Assembly (NCBI GenBank): GCA_017612655.1
Contig: JAGAFM010000086.1
Span: 1 to 53,212 of the forward strand
DNA: 53,212 bases
Direction of reading: 5' to 3'
Source of the DNA: Clostridia bacterium
Lineage (GTDB): Bacteria; Bacillota; Clostridia; Oscillospirales; CAG-272
The notes below the pieces were generated by a model. The model saw only the letters and a list, made by a program, of their open reading frames with translations, had not been told where the DNA came from and did no database searches. Numbering within the stretch: the first letter of the stretch is position 1; every line of letters starts with the position of its first letter. Made by a program: the position numbers and the translations under genes. Positions 9,977-21,593 of the stretch are shown here, in pieces.

Positions 9977-10240
9977 ATGATTTCACGCGACATCACCATT
10001 CAGAACAGTGTGGGTTTGCATGCACGTCCTGCCACGTTCTTCATTCAGAAGGCAAACTCTTACAGAAGCACCATTTGGGTGGAACTGGAAGACAGGCGTG
10101 TGAATGCGAAATCCCTGCTCGGTGTTCTTTCGTTGGGCATCACATCCGGAACAACGATAACGCTGATCGCAGACGGAGTCGATGAAGTAGAAGCATTGAA
10201 CGGAATTGAGGAACTTGTTACAAGCGGTTTTTCTGACTGA
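9977..10240 (+). CDS. ptsH: phosphocarrier protein HPr
   Basis: 87 aa. His-15 site VGLHARPA and the Ser-46 regulatory site NAKSLLGVLSLG. Confidence 0.93.
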   Translation: MISRDITIQNSVGLHARPATFFIQKANSYRSTIWVELEDRRVNAKSLLGVLSLGITSGTTITLIADGVDEVEALNGIEELVTSGFSD

Positions 10241-10343
10241 TCGCCGCTTCGCAAACGAACCATTTCGTTTGACGGTAAAGATGATAGAAGCGAGCCTTTG
10301 CAAAACAGGAATTCCGTTTTGAAGGCCCGTTTTTGTTTTAGAA

Positions 10344-12221
10344 ATGGAAAATGTAAATTCTGACTCTGTCAGGCACCGCGAGGAGCTCCTGTCCAAACTA
10401 CGGGAGAAGGCAAATCTACTTCCTCCGACACCGGGGGTCTATCTGATGCAGAACAGCCGGGGCGTCATCATTTACGTCGGAAAATCAAAGGTTCTGAAGC
10501 ATCGGGTGTCCCAGTATTTTCAGTCTCATTCGGAGCTTTCTCCGAAAACGGCGAAGATGGTTTCCAGCGTGTCGGATTTTTCTTATATTCTCTGCGACTC
10601 GGAGATGGAAGCCCTTACACTGGAAAACAGTCTCATCAAGCTTCATTCCCCGAAGTACAACATTCGTCTGAAGGATGACAAAAACTATCCGTACATCCGC
10701 GTTTCCGTCAATGATCCCTACCCTACTGTTACGATGGTTCGCAAACGCGCGGGAGACGGAGCAAAGTACTTCGGTCCGTACTCTTCCGGTCAGGCGGTGA
10801 GCCGCATTCTGGCAACCATCCGGAAGACTTTCTCCCTTCCCTCCTGCAGCCGTCAGTTCCCGAGAGATATCGGGAAAGGACGCCCCTGCGTCTACGCGCA
10901 ACTCGGTCAGTGCTGCGCGCCCTGTTCCGGTCAGATTTCCAGTGAGGAATACCGGGAGCGGTTTCGGGACATCTGCGCAATGCTGAGGGGGGACTACATA
11001 GAGGCCGAGGAAGAACTGACCCGGAAAATGCAGGAAGCCTCGGATTCCCTTTCCTTTGAAGCAGCGGCCGTGTACCGCGATCGGATCCAGAGCCTCTCAT
11101 TTCTGCGGCAAAAGCAGAAAGTGGTTGCGGATCCGGATACGGACCAGGATATTATCGGCATCTATCGAAGCGAAATGTGCACGGTCCTTTCCGTGCTTTA
11201 TGTCCGTTCCGGTGCGCTGATCGATTCCGAGAATCTCGAATTCGGCGCCGATCAGATTGCGGAAGACGAAGACCTGACCTCGTTTTTGTCCGCCTTTTAC
11301 GGAAAACGCGAGTCCGTTCCGCGTGAGATTCTGATCGGGTTTCCTTTTCGGGTGGAAGAGAGCGTCTCCCTTTCCGCCTTCCTCTCCTCTCTGTCAAACA
11401 GAAAAACAATCGTCCGTGTTCCTCAGCGCGGCGATTCCAGGAAGCTCTGCGAAATGGCAAACGAAAATGCCGCGCAGCACGGGAGACAGCTGCAGCAGAC
11501 GGCGGAAAAAAATCTGGGAACCGCCGTCACTCTTGCGGAGCTTCTTGCACTGGACAGCGTTCCCGAGCGGATCGAAGCGTACGATATTTCAAATCTCGGT
11601 TCCGAACACATCACGGCGGGGATGATCGTCTGGGATTCCGGAAGATTCTGCAAAAAGGACTACCGTCTCTTCTCGATTCGCGGCGCCGGGGATTCACCCG
11701 ACGACTACGGATCCATGCGCGAGGCCCTTCGCCGCAGACTTGAGCGTCTGATGGCAAATGAGCCGGGCTTTGAACAGCCGCCGGATCTGATCCTGCTGGA
11801 CGGCGGAAAGGCGCATGTTCACGCGGCGGAAGCCGTGATGGAGGAGTTGGGGCTCTCTCTCCCCGTTTTCGGAATGGTGAAAGACGCATACCACAAAACG
11901 CGTGCGCTGACCGACTCGGACCGGGAAATCAGCATAGCCTCTCAGCAGTCCGTTTACAACTTTATTTTCAGGATTCAGGAGGAGGTCCACCGGTTCACTC
12001 TTTCGCGCATGATGAATGCGAAGCGGAAAACCGTCCGCACATCCTCGCTGGAGAAAATCAAGGGAATCGGTCCCGCAAAGGCGCGTCTCCTGCTGGAAAC
12101 GTTCGGCTCCATGGATTCCCTTGCGGGCGCATCGGAAGAGCAGCTTCTTTCCGTCAAGGGAATTCAAAAGGAACTCGCACAGGCAATTATGGATTACTTC
12201 AAGGAGAAATCAACCAGATGA
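10344..12221 (+). CDS. uvrC: excinuclease ABC subunit C
   Basis: GIY-YIG domain (GVYLMQNSRGVIIYVGKSKVLKHRV), a Cys cluster CVYAQLGQCCAPC and a C-terminal (HhH)2 (IKGIGPAKARLLLETFGS). Confidence 0.95.
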   Translation: MENVNSDSVRHREELLSKLREKANLLPPTPGVYLMQNSRGVIIYVGKSKVLKHRVSQYFQSHSELSPKTAKMVSSVSDFSYILCDSEMEALTLENSLIKLHSPKYNIRLKDDKNYPYIRVSVNDPYPTVTMVRKRAGDGAKYFGPYSSGQAVSRILATIRKTFSLPSCSRQFPRDIGKGRPCVYAQLGQCCAPCSGQISSEEYRERFRDICAMLRGDYIEAEEELTRKMQEASDSLSFEAAAVYRDRIQSLSFLRQKQKVVADPDTDQDIIGIYRSEMCTVLSVLYVRSGALIDSENLEFGADQIAEDEDLTSFLSAFYGKRESVPREILIGFPFRVEESVSLSAFLSSLSNRKTIVRVPQRGDSRKLCEMANENAAQHGRQLQQTAEKNLGTAVTLAELLALDSVPERIEAYDISNLGSEHITAGMIVWDSGRFCKKDYRLFSIRGAGDSPDDYGSMREALRRRLERLMANEPGFEQPPDLILLDGGKAHVHAAEAVMEELGLSLPVFGMVKDAYHKTRALTDSDREISIASQQSVYNFIFRIQEEVHRFTLSRMMNAKRKTVRTSSLEKIKGIGPAKARLLLETFGSMDSLAGASEEQLLSVKGIQKELAQAIMDYFKEKSTR

Positions 12222-12799
12222 GAATCATAACCGGGAAGGCACGCGGCACGAAACTCCTTTCTCCGGAAGGGGACTCCACAAGACCGACTCCGGAGAGGGT
12301 CAAAGAAGCGATCTTCAGTTCGATTCAATTTCAGCTGGAGGGGACCCGTTTTCTCGATCTGTTTGCCGGTTCCGGACAAATGGGACTGGAAGCCGTCAGC
12401 CGCGGCGCTTCTCTGGCTGTGCTCGTTGACTCTTCCGCGGAAGCGGTAAGCCTGATCAAGGAAAACGCGAAAAAGACCCGTCTCTTCGAATTCTGCCGTA
12501 TCGTCCATTACCAGTATCCGGACTATCTTCGCGGATTCCGCCGCTCCGGTGAATCCGCTTTTGACTACATCTATCTGGATCCGCCGTTCCGTTCGAATCT
12601 GTATGCGGATGTCCTGGAAAGGATCTCGGAATCCGGAGCCGCCGATCCCCATACTCTCGTCATCGTGGAGAGCGAAGCGTCCGATTTGTCTGAACTCGTT
12701 CCGCAGGACTCTCTGAAGCGATATGGAATCGTTAAGACATCCAAATACGGCAGAATCAGCATTACCTGGCTGATGTTGAGAAAGGAGGAAGTCCTGTGA
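12218..12799 (+). CDS. rsmD: 16S rRNA (guanine966-N2)-methyltransferase RsmD
   Basis: MRIITGKARG start, DLFAGSGQMGLEAVSRGA and YLDPPF motifs. ATGA overlap with the uvrC stop. Confidence 0.9.
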   Translation: MRIITGKARGTKLLSPEGDSTRPTPERVKEAIFSSIQFQLEGTRFLDLFAGSGQMGLEAVSRGASLAVLVDSSAEAVSLIKENAKKTRLFEFCRIVHYQYPDYLRGFRRSGESAFDYIYLDPPFRSNLYADVLERISESGAADPHTLVIVESEASDLSELVPQDSLKRYGIVKTSKYGRISITWLMLRKEEVL

Positions 12800-13284
12800 C
12801 GGACTCATACCGTCCCTGCGTCATTCCCGGCAGTTTTGACCCGGTCACAACGGGCCATCTTGACCTGATCCGCCGCTGCACGGTTCTGTTTCCGGCAGTC
12901 TATGTCACCGTTTTTCGCAATTCCGCCAAAGACGGCTTGTTTTCCTACGAGGACCGGCTCGCCATGCTGAAACTCGCCACTTCCGATCTCCCCTCGGTCA
13001 AATGCTCCTTTGAAGACGGCCTTCTGGCCGAGTTTGCCGGGAAACTGGGCGCCGTAATTGTGAAAGGTATCCGTTCCGCCGCTGACGCAGAGATGGAAAC
13101 CTATCTTTCCCTGACGACGCGCGCGATTTCCCCGGAAACGGAAACGCTGTTCCTTCCTGCCCGGCAGGAATATCTTCACCTCAGTTCCTCCTACGTAAGA
13201 GAATTGATTCGTTATGGAGGTTCCCTCCGCGGAGCGGTCCCTCCTGAAGTTGAAACCTTTATCAAAACAAGAAAAGAGGGATGA
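12796..13284 (+). CDS. coaD: phosphopantetheine adenylyltransferase
   Basis: IPGSFDPVTTGHLDLI (HxGH nucleotidyltransferase motif) and SSSYVRELIRYGG. 4-nt overlap with rsmD. Confidence 0.93.
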   Translation: MTDSYRPCVIPGSFDPVTTGHLDLIRRCTVLFPAVYVTVFRNSAKDGLFSYEDRLAMLKLATSDLPSVKCSFEDGLLAEFAGKLGAVIVKGIRSAADAEMETYLSLTTRAISPETETLFLPARQEYLHLSSSYVRELIRYGGSLRGAVPPEVETFIKTRKEG

Positions 13285-13288
13285 CTCA

Positions 13289-13885
13289 ATGCCGCAGCTG
13301 ATGATGTTATGGAAAAACGAAGAACCGACGGTTCCGTCCAAACTCGCACCGGGTTGCAGGGTGATCGACGCCACCTGCCCGGACTACACACCCGAACAGT
13401 ATGCAGATGCCTGGAATGAGATCTGCACAGAACTGAACGGGGTTCCCTGGACCAGAGAGCATTTCTTCGAAAGGCACTGGAACGCCCCGGAAATTCCGCG
13501 TGACGGGATCTTCTTTGCGGTCACCCCGGAGGGGAGGCTGTTTTCCACGGCAACCGTTCAGCAGTACCCGGATCACGCAAATCTTCACATGGTCGGAACT
13601 TCTATGGACTGCAAGGGAATGGGCGGCGGAAGAGCGGTATGCCTTGCCTGCGTCCGGTATTTTCAGTCGCACGGCATCACCCGTGCCGAACTGCTGACGG
13701 ACGATTTCAGAATTCCGGCCATCAAGATTTACCTTGGCCTCGGATTTCGTCCCTATCTGTACGAACCCCACGCGGAAGAGATGAAGGCACGCTGGGAGGC
13801 TTTGGCTGACGTTCTCGGAATTCCGGAGCTCCCTGCCTACGATGATAATTCCTGCGAAGTCCTTCTGCACGCCAAAGCGGTCTGA
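13289..13885 (+). CDS. GNAT family N-acetyltransferase
   Basis: ORF 13214..13885 trimmed to ATG 13289, just after the coaD stop. Acetyl-CoA P-loop-like CKGMGGGRAV and a C-terminal YLGLGFRP block. Confidence 0.75.
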   Translation: MPQLMMLWKNEEPTVPSKLAPGCRVIDATCPDYTPEQYADAWNEICTELNGVPWTREHFFERHWNAPEIPRDGIFFAVTPEGRLFSTATVQQYPDHANLHMVGTSMDCKGMGGGRAVCLACVRYFQSHGITRAELLTDDFRIPAIKIYLGLGFRPYLYEPHAEEMKARWEALADVLGIPELPAYDDNSCEVLLHAKAV

Positions 13886-15421
<1,536 letters not shown>

Positions 15422-15480
15422 AGACAACCGGTAACATCGCATCCTCTCATCAACGGCTCGCTTTCGATGCGGATCCGAAG

Positions 15481-15512
15481 AAAAAACGCGGAACCGCTTC
15501 GTTCCGCTTTTT
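15481..15512. terminator. bidirectional rho-independent terminator between the convergent guaB and ABC transporter genes
   Basis: AAAAAA-C-GCGGAAC-CGCTTC-GTTCCGC-TTTTT: a 7-bp GC-rich stem flanked by an A-tract and a T-tract. Confidence 0.65.
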
Positions 15513-15522
15513 GCAAAATGCC

Positions 15523-15561
15523 GCAGGGCTCTCCTGAAATCAGGGAGCCCTGCTTGTTTTT
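15523..15561 (+). terminator. second hairpin plus T-tract downstream of guaB
   Basis: GCAGGGCTC(T)CCTG-AAAT-CAGGGAGCCCTGC followed by TTGTTTTTG. Confidence 0.6.
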
Positions 15562-15591
15562 GTTCGGATTTGGCCTTTTCTCCCGGAGATC

Positions 15592-18570
15592 TTATTCCGT
15601 TCGAAGCGCGACCACCGGATCCTTTCTGGCTGCGCTGCGGGAAGGGATGATTCCGGCGAACAGGGTCAGAATCATGCTGATCAGAATCAGCAGACCCGCC
15701 ACCCCAACCGGAAGTGCCGCGTTGAGCGTATGAATTCCCGTCAACGCATGAAGGATGCGGTTAATCACGAGGATCAGCAGCTCCGTGATCAGAATTCCGA
15801 GAACTCCCGACGCAAATCCAATCAGGACCGTTTCCGCATTGAAAAGATTTGAAACGTTTTTCTTGGACGCACCGATCGCACGAAGAATTCCGATTTCCTT
15901 GGTTCGTTCCTGAACGGAAATCAGGGTTATCACTCCGATCATGATGGAGGAAACGATAAGGGACACGCTGACGAAAGCAATCAGCACATAGGAGATTGCA
16001 TCGATGATCGTCGTTACGGAGGACATCAGAATTCCGACATAGTCCACATATCGGATCTGCTTCAGTTCCTCCACGGAGTCATTGTACGAGGCAATCGCCT
16101 GAAGCATGCGGTCCTTCTGGGCAAATGAGGAGGCGTACAGAGAGATGGTTGAGGGAGAATTCTGATCCGCACAGCCCAGAAGAATCAGATTCTCTTCGTA
16201 ACTCGTTTTTGCAAAATCAAGAACCGATTCATATAACTCGGCGCATTTTTCGTCAGAATACGAAACGATTTCTTCGTTCAGCGCCGCCGCCAGCTGTTCC
16301 GGGGATACGTCCCTCAATTCGGAGAAAACGCCGGCAGCAAATTGGGCGGTAAACTGTTGCTCAAGATAACCGCGGTACAGGGAGAGCAGATCCTCCTCCG
16401 TCATCGACGCGAGATACTCCAGGACAGCGGCCTCATCCATTTTCATCTGCATCCCGACAATCCTTGACAGGGACTGCTCGATCTGTTCTCTCGTCATGTC
16501 TGCAAGGGCGGTATCCGTTTTCTCCTGAACCCATTCTTTGGGCGGGAGGGATTTGATTTTCACATAGAGTTCCGCCTGTCTGCCCGTATCCAGTGATTCG
16601 GCGTGAGACCGAAAGGCCTCCGCCTTCTCATCCGTTTTCAGATTGCGGCCGTTTTGAAAAGGAAGTCCGGAGAAGATGTCGGTTGAGGGGTCAGCCAGCT
16701 GAGCCTTTGCGGCTTCTGTCCGGTAGGCATCTTCCAGTATTTTTACCGTCAGTTTGTATGTGTAGCCGATAAAGCCGCTGCCGGACGGAGAAACGGCATC
16801 CTCATTCGGACGGACGATGCCGACCACATGAAGGTCTGTTCCGTTATCGTACAGGTATTTTTTCCCGGGTTCGGAATCCCGCAGGTCTGAATACAGCCCG
16901 GTCTTCTCGTCAAGAACGAAGCAGTTCCCAGCGAGAACCATCCGGAAGGACTTGTCGCAGATTTCCTCGTAAGTCCACTTCTTCGTCTCGTATTCCACAG
17001 ATTCCTGATGAACCGCAGCATCCATCAGGGCGTCGATTTCCTCCTGCGACTTCAAGCCGAGCGCATACAGGGTCAGATCGCTGAGTTCATTGTCATCCCC
17101 CAACATCAGAACGATCTCGTCGAATCTGGCAGGCCAGCTCCCATAGACCAGGTCGTACTGTTTCAGCGTTACCGGACTGATCAGACTCCCGTTTTCGCCC
17201 GAAAGCAGTTCGCGCCAGATCTTCCGGGAGGAGGACATCAGGGAGGAGCCCATCATACTCTGATTTCCGACAGTTCCCAGGTCCGTTCCCATATACTTCC
17301 GGATCAGTTCCACCATCAATGCCTCGGAATCCGACTGAATGATTTTCCCGTCCGCAGTTTCGGTGAAGATGAGCAGATTCGCATCGTAGGTATACTGAAC
17401 CGCACTGACCGATTCCGAGAGAACGGACCCCGGCTGCGCTCTCTGTTCGTCCAGATAGGTTTTGAAGCTGGCGAGATCGTTGTCGCGAGATTCCAGTGCG
17501 CTGAGCGCATTTACCATCTCGTAAAGGGTTCCTTTTTCGTAGACTGCGTCATTTTCATGTTCGGATGAGGACTCTCCGCGTCCTGAATACGTCTCGAGCA
17601 GACTGGAGATATCAACCGTTTGCGCCTCGATCGTCAGAGGGTAGGAACTCAGGGTCTCCTCCTGGACGGAGTTAATATAGGCGGTCGTGCCATAGGAAAC
17701 AGAATAAATCAGAGCAATTCCGATGATTCCGATCGACCCGGCAAAGCTGGTCAGGGCAGTCCTTCCCTTTTTCGTGAACAGGTTCTTTAGAGACAAGCCG
17801 AAAGAAGTCACGGGAGACATTGAGGGTCTCTTCTGCTTTCGGGACGGTTTTGTCTCGTCGCAGTCCGCGGATTCTTTCCGATATTCATCCTCGGTCAGGG
17901 GGTTGGAATCTCCGGTAATCACGCCGTCCAGCATCGTGATGATCCGGGTGGAATACCGTTCCGCGAGCTCCGAGTTGTGGGTCACCATGATCACCAGCCG
18001 GTCTGCCGCGATCTCCTTCAGAATACCGAGGACCTGCACACTGGTTTCCGAATCCAGTGCTCCGGTCGGTTCATCGGCCAGAATGATATCCGGGTCATTT
18101 ACGATGGCCCGCGCAATGGCGACCCGCTGCATCTGTCCTCCGGACAGCTGATTCGGCTTTTTCCTCAGTTGAGAACCGAGTCCGACCCGTTCCAGTGCTT
18201 CCGTTGCCTTTTTTCTCCGTTCCTTTTTGGAAACCCCTGTCAGAGTCAGCGCCAGTTCGACATTCTGCAGAACGGTCTGGTGTGGAATCAGATTATAACT
18301 TTGGAACACAAAACCGATTGAATGGTTCCGGTACGAGTCCCAGTCTCTGTCTCTGTATTCTTTCGTCGATCTCCCGTTAATGATAAGGTCCCCGCTCGTA
18401 TACCGATCCAGCCCTCCGACCAGATTCAGCAGCGTGGTTTTCCCGCATCCGGAAGGACCGAGAATGGAAACATACTCATTCTTCCGAAACGTCAGGGTAA
18501 TTCCTTTCAGAGCCCTGACCGTTTCGCTTCCCGTCTCATAGTCTTTTCGGATGTTCTGCAGTTCAAGCAT
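15592..18570 (-). CDS. fused ABC transporter ATP-binding protein / FtsX-MacB-type permease with a very large extracytoplasmic domain
   Basis: N-terminal Walker A GPSGCGKTT, LSGGQMQRVAIARA and ILADEPTGALD. First TM near residue 270-295, about 550 non-hydrophobic residues, then the FtsX-type C-terminal bundle (ERTKEIGILRAIGASKKNV...). Confidence 0.9.
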   Translation of the reverse strand: MLELQNIRKDYETGSETVRALKGITLTFRKNEYVSILGPSGCGKTTLLNLVGGLDRYTSGDLIINGRSTKEYRDRDWDSYRNHSIGFVFQSYNLIPHQTVLQNVELALTLTGVSKKERRKKATEALERVGLGSQLRKKPNQLSGGQMQRVAIARAIVNDPDIILADEPTGALDSETSVQVLGILKEIAADRLVIMVTHNSELAERYSTRIITMLDGVITGDSNPLTEDEYRKESADCDETKPSRKQKRPSMSPVTSFGLSLKNLFTKKGRTALTSFAGSIGIIGIALIYSVSYGTTAYINSVQEETLSSYPLTIEAQTVDISSLLETYSGRGESSSEHENDAVYEKGTLYEMVNALSALESRDNDLASFKTYLDEQRAQPGSVLSESVSAVQYTYDANLLIFTETADGKIIQSDSEALMVELIRKYMGTDLGTVGNQSMMGSSLMSSSRKIWRELLSGENGSLISPVTLKQYDLVYGSWPARFDEIVLMLGDDNELSDLTLYALGLKSQEEIDALMDAAVHQESVEYETKKWTYEEICDKSFRMVLAGNCFVLDEKTGLYSDLRDSEPGKKYLYDNGTDLHVVGIVRPNEDAVSPSGSGFIGYTYKLTVKILEDAYRTEAAKAQLADPSTDIFSGLPFQNGRNLKTDEKAEAFRSHAESLDTGRQAELYVKIKSLPPKEWVQEKTDTALADMTREQIEQSLSRIVGMQMKMDEAAVLEYLASMTEEDLLSLYRGYLEQQFTAQFAAGVFSELRDVSPEQLAAALNEEIVSYSDEKCAELYESVLDFAKTSYEENLILLGCADQNSPSTISLYASSFAQKDRMLQAIASYNDSVEELKQIRYVDYVGILMSSVTTIIDAISYVLIAFVSVSLIVSSIMIGVITLISVQERTKEIGILRAIGASKKNVSNLFNAETVLIGFASGVLGILITELLILVINRILHALTGIHTLNAALPVGVAGLLILISMILTLFAGIIPSRSAARKDPVVALRTE

Positions 18571-18699
18571 AGGGGGTATCCTTTCTGTGTCCTGAATTCA
18601 AGTCTCATTCGTCAGCCCGGAAATACGTGCCGCGGGCAGTCTTCGCGAAGGAGAGAGCGGCATCCAGGCCGCCGCGATTCCGCACCTGAATCAGGAGAG

Positions 18700-20139
18700 T
18701 CACTCTGCGCTCTTTTGCCAGATACGAAGATAATCCACAGCCATTTCGACGCGTCCGCTTCCGGCGGTTTCAGGGGGTTCGCCCTGCGTGTTCTGACATT
18801 CCAGACTCAGCACAACTTCCTCTTCCGCCGGTGAGGTTCCGCTGTAAAAATCCGTGCATGCGATGAGCAGCCCGTCGATGTAAATCCGATAAAACTCCTC
18901 GTCCCAGATCAGCGTGTAGGTGTGAAAGTCCTTGGCGTAATCATAGCCGAGATTATAGACCTCATAGAGTTCGTTGGAAAGATTGTCCTTGCCGGCGATT
19001 CCCTTTTTATTCTCAACGCCGCTGACCCAGAAGTTGCTGGTATGATAATCGGGCCCGAAGTTTTCCACAATATCAATCTCCGTACCCCCGGGGCCGGCAC
19101 CGCCCTGGGAAAGATCGTCGACGTACGGGTTGGGACCCTGAAGCCAAAAGGCAGTCCAATATCGTCCGTATCTCCCGTCAGGCGCTTCGCTGCAACGGAT
19201 TTTCGCCTCGAAAACGCCTCTCGCGTAGCGTTGGTTGAGTGCAACCGCGCTCCCGTACCAGCCGGCTCCGGCAGAACCGTCCGCCAAATAATCCCCGGCC
19301 AGGAAGAGGATTCCGTCCTCCAGGCGGACAAGGGACCTCTCGTTAAAATCCACCGCCTGTCCGCCCATGCGAAATCTCCATACGTCCCAGTCAAGGTCTT
19401 CCCCCTGAAACTCATCTTCAAAAACCAGAGCGTATCCTTCCCTCTCCAGTTCCGCATGGTTCAGAGTCGGGACTTCCCGATAGCATTCGGTAACCGCACA
19501 TCCGAGAGACATACTTTCGCTCCCGACGGGAACCCCCATGAATTCTTCGAGGAACAGTCTCCACATGTAGGGATAAAGCATGGGAGAGGGGGACTGGAAA
19601 TAAACCGTCCCGTCCGCCGTGACCCCGTAGCAGGACCTGGAGCTGTCATATTCAGGGATTCCCTCTCTCCGAAACTCTTTTCCGAAGAGGATTTCGTGAT
19701 CGGAACGTCTTTCCGTAAGATACTTGTCAACCTTGATGACCTTGATGCTCCACTCCAGCCCGAGTGCGGAAAGCGCCGATTTCTCGATTCCTCTCGTAAT
19801 GGAGGGACGGTTCAGTCTGGCGTACTCACCCGAACCGGTGAAATACAGCATGGGAGCGTATTCGCTCAGATCAATCCCGCAGATCGTGAAGGAACCGTCT
19901 TCCGGAGGGGTATAGACCGGTTTCGGATCTTCCGATTCCGGCCCTGACGGTTCCGTCTGTTCCGGCTCGGATTCAGCGGGTGAGGAAGAGGAGGCAGAAT
20001 CTGCAGTTTCCGAAGTACCGCCTCCGGCAGAAGGGTCGGTTTCAGGGGGATTTGTTCCCGATGCGGCTGCGCAGGAAACCAGAAGGACTACGGAAAGAAT
20101 CAGGGAAACAAACAGGATCAGACAGCGACGTTCAAACAT
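18700..20139 (-). CDS. glycoside hydrolase family 16 lipoprotein
   Basis: Signal peptide with lipobox LLVSC, then a Ser/Pro/Glu-rich linker. The C-terminal domain carries the GH16 catalytic motif E-I-D-I-V-E (GTEIDIVENFG). Confidence 0.85.
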   Translation of the reverse strand: MFERRCLILFVSLILSVVLLVSCAAASGTNPPETDPSAGGGTSETADSASSSSPAESEPEQTEPSGPESEDPKPVYTPPEDGSFTICGIDLSEYAPMLYFTGSGEYARLNRPSITRGIEKSALSALGLEWSIKVIKVDKYLTERRSDHEILFGKEFRREGIPEYDSSRSCYGVTADGTVYFQSPSPMLYPYMWRLFLEEFMGVPVGSESMSLGCAVTECYREVPTLNHAELEREGYALVFEDEFQGEDLDWDVWRFRMGGQAVDFNERSLVRLEDGILFLAGDYLADGSAGAGWYGSAVALNQRYARGVFEAKIRCSEAPDGRYGRYWTAFWLQGPNPYVDDLSQGGAGPGGTEIDIVENFGPDYHTSNFWVSGVENKKGIAGKDNLSNELYEVYNLGYDYAKDFHTYTLIWDEEFYRIYIDGLLIACTDFYSGTSPAEEEVVLSLECQNTQGEPPETAGSGRVEMAVDYLRIWQKSAE

Positions 20140-20213
20140 TTTCTTATTGCACCTCGTAACAATTCACACGTTTCGGCTGCAGTCTCCGGAAAACCCCGGA
20201 ACCCTCAGCTGAT

Positions 20214-21545
20214 TCAGGCAAGTCCGTCCTCGCACGGTTTTCCGATCTCTCTCCGGTAACGGTAGTACAGTTCCTCCGTTGCGAGCGCCATCTTCGTCAC
20301 GGAAAACGGAACTTCTTCCGGAAAAACGTACCAGGTGTCGTCCAGCGTATTGAGATCCACGCAGTCGCCGTAGCGGAACAGATATTCATACTCAATGTGG
20401 CAGGAATACAGAGAGGGAACGGTTTTTCTCATCTCCTGGGTCTGACCGTTTTCCCTTTCCACTCTGACGGTAAATCCGTTTTCATCATGGATCATGGTTC
20501 CATGACCGAGGTCGATAAACCGTTTCGCATTGGGCAGGCTCTTCACATGCACGGGGAGAAGCCCCGTCGAATAGGTCCCTGATTCAACCTCGTGCCTGAC
20601 ATTGTCACGCTCCCACTCGTACCAGTCCGGGATATGAGAAAACTCGGTCTCGCCGTTTTCGGCGGAGAGTTCTCCCAGTTCGCTCATCCTCCACCGTTTC
20701 CCGCAGGCATCGCAGAACAGTTCTACCCCCTCGGATCTCATCCTGTATTCCGTACGGCAGCAGGGACACTGATACAGGATCTTTTCCAGCCCCTGTGCCC
20801 GGTTCGGATCGGCAACCCGAATTCCCCGGTCCTTCTGCCACTGGAAATCATCGTACTGAAACTGTTTCACCAGAAGACGGTTGATCTCCGCCTCGCTCAT
20901 CTTCTGAAGGTCCTCGGGACGGAGAAGCAGTTCCATCGTCGCTTCCGTCGGCTTCACCCCCCGTTCCCTCCTGGTATTCCAGAAAGGATGGTTGATGTGA
21001 TGCCCGTGACATATCAGGGTCACAACCGGAACGTTGAGCATCTTGCACAGTCTTCCCAGCCCCCCCGGGAGAGGAGCGGTTGTCCCGCAAAGGGAATAGC
21101 GGGCCTCAGGATAGATAACTGCGATTCCCTTCTGATCGATCACGCGACGGAGATGCTTGATCAGATACAGGTCGTTGGTAAACTTCCGTTTGCAGATGCA
21201 TCCGATGCTTCGAAGGAGCCATTCCCTTCCGATGAATCCGTCTATGGCCACCACGTAATTCCCGAATTTGGGGAAGGTCGCCCATCCGGAAACCTTCATA
21301 TCGAAAAAGGCGTTGTGGTTTCCGAGAAGCAGATAGGGCGGCTTCAAACCCTTGATCCCGATCTTCTCAATTTTCGTCCTGTGAGCAATCACACCTGGAA
21401 TGCACAGCAACCAGGCGACAGGCTTCAGAAACCACATGCATTTCCGCGGCGGTTTCTTCATATCAAAGCGAACAATCGAATCTTCCATGCTGTTTGCCCG
21501 AACCCTTAGGCCCTTTCTTTCAGTTATTCGTTTTTCAGAAGGCAT
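20214..21545 (-). CDS. PlsC-family lysophospholipid acyltransferase with C-terminal extension
   Basis: HX4D motif (GNHNAFFD), IYPEARYS block, and an internal CxxC...CxxC (CPCCRTEY...CDACGKRW). The start is uncertain (ATG 21545 or ATG 21488). Confidence 0.8.
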   Translation of the reverse strand: MPSEKRITERKGLRVRANSMEDSIVRFDMKKPPRKCMWFLKPVAWLLCIPGVIAHRTKIEKIGIKGLKPPYLLLGNHNAFFDMKVSGWATFPKFGNYVVAIDGFIGREWLLRSIGCICKRKFTNDLYLIKHLRRVIDQKGIAVIYPEARYSLCGTTAPLPGGLGRLCKMLNVPVVTLICHGHHINHPFWNTRRERGVKPTEATMELLLRPEDLQKMSEAEINRLLVKQFQYDDFQWQKDRGIRVADPNRAQGLEKILYQCPCCRTEYRMRSEGVELFCDACGKRWRMSELGELSAENGETEFSHIPDWYEWERDNVRHEVESGTYSTGLLPVHVKSLPNAKRFIDLGHGTMIHDENGFTVRVERENGQTQEMRKTVPSLYSCHIEYEYLFRYGDCVDLNTLDDTWYVFPEEVPFSVTKMALATEELYYRYRREIGKPCEDGLA

Positions 21546-21593
21546 CCTTTCCGTTCACTCGGCGAGACTCCGTCTGCAGGAATCTGCATGACG

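Noticed and set aside
10251-10270. Palindrome CAAACGAA-CCAT-TTCGTTTG between ptsH and uvrC, considered as a LexA (Cheo) box for SOS control of uvrC.
   Set aside because: It does not fit CGAAC-N4-GTTCG, because the half-sites are in the wrong arrangement. It is more simply a weak hairpin after ptsH.
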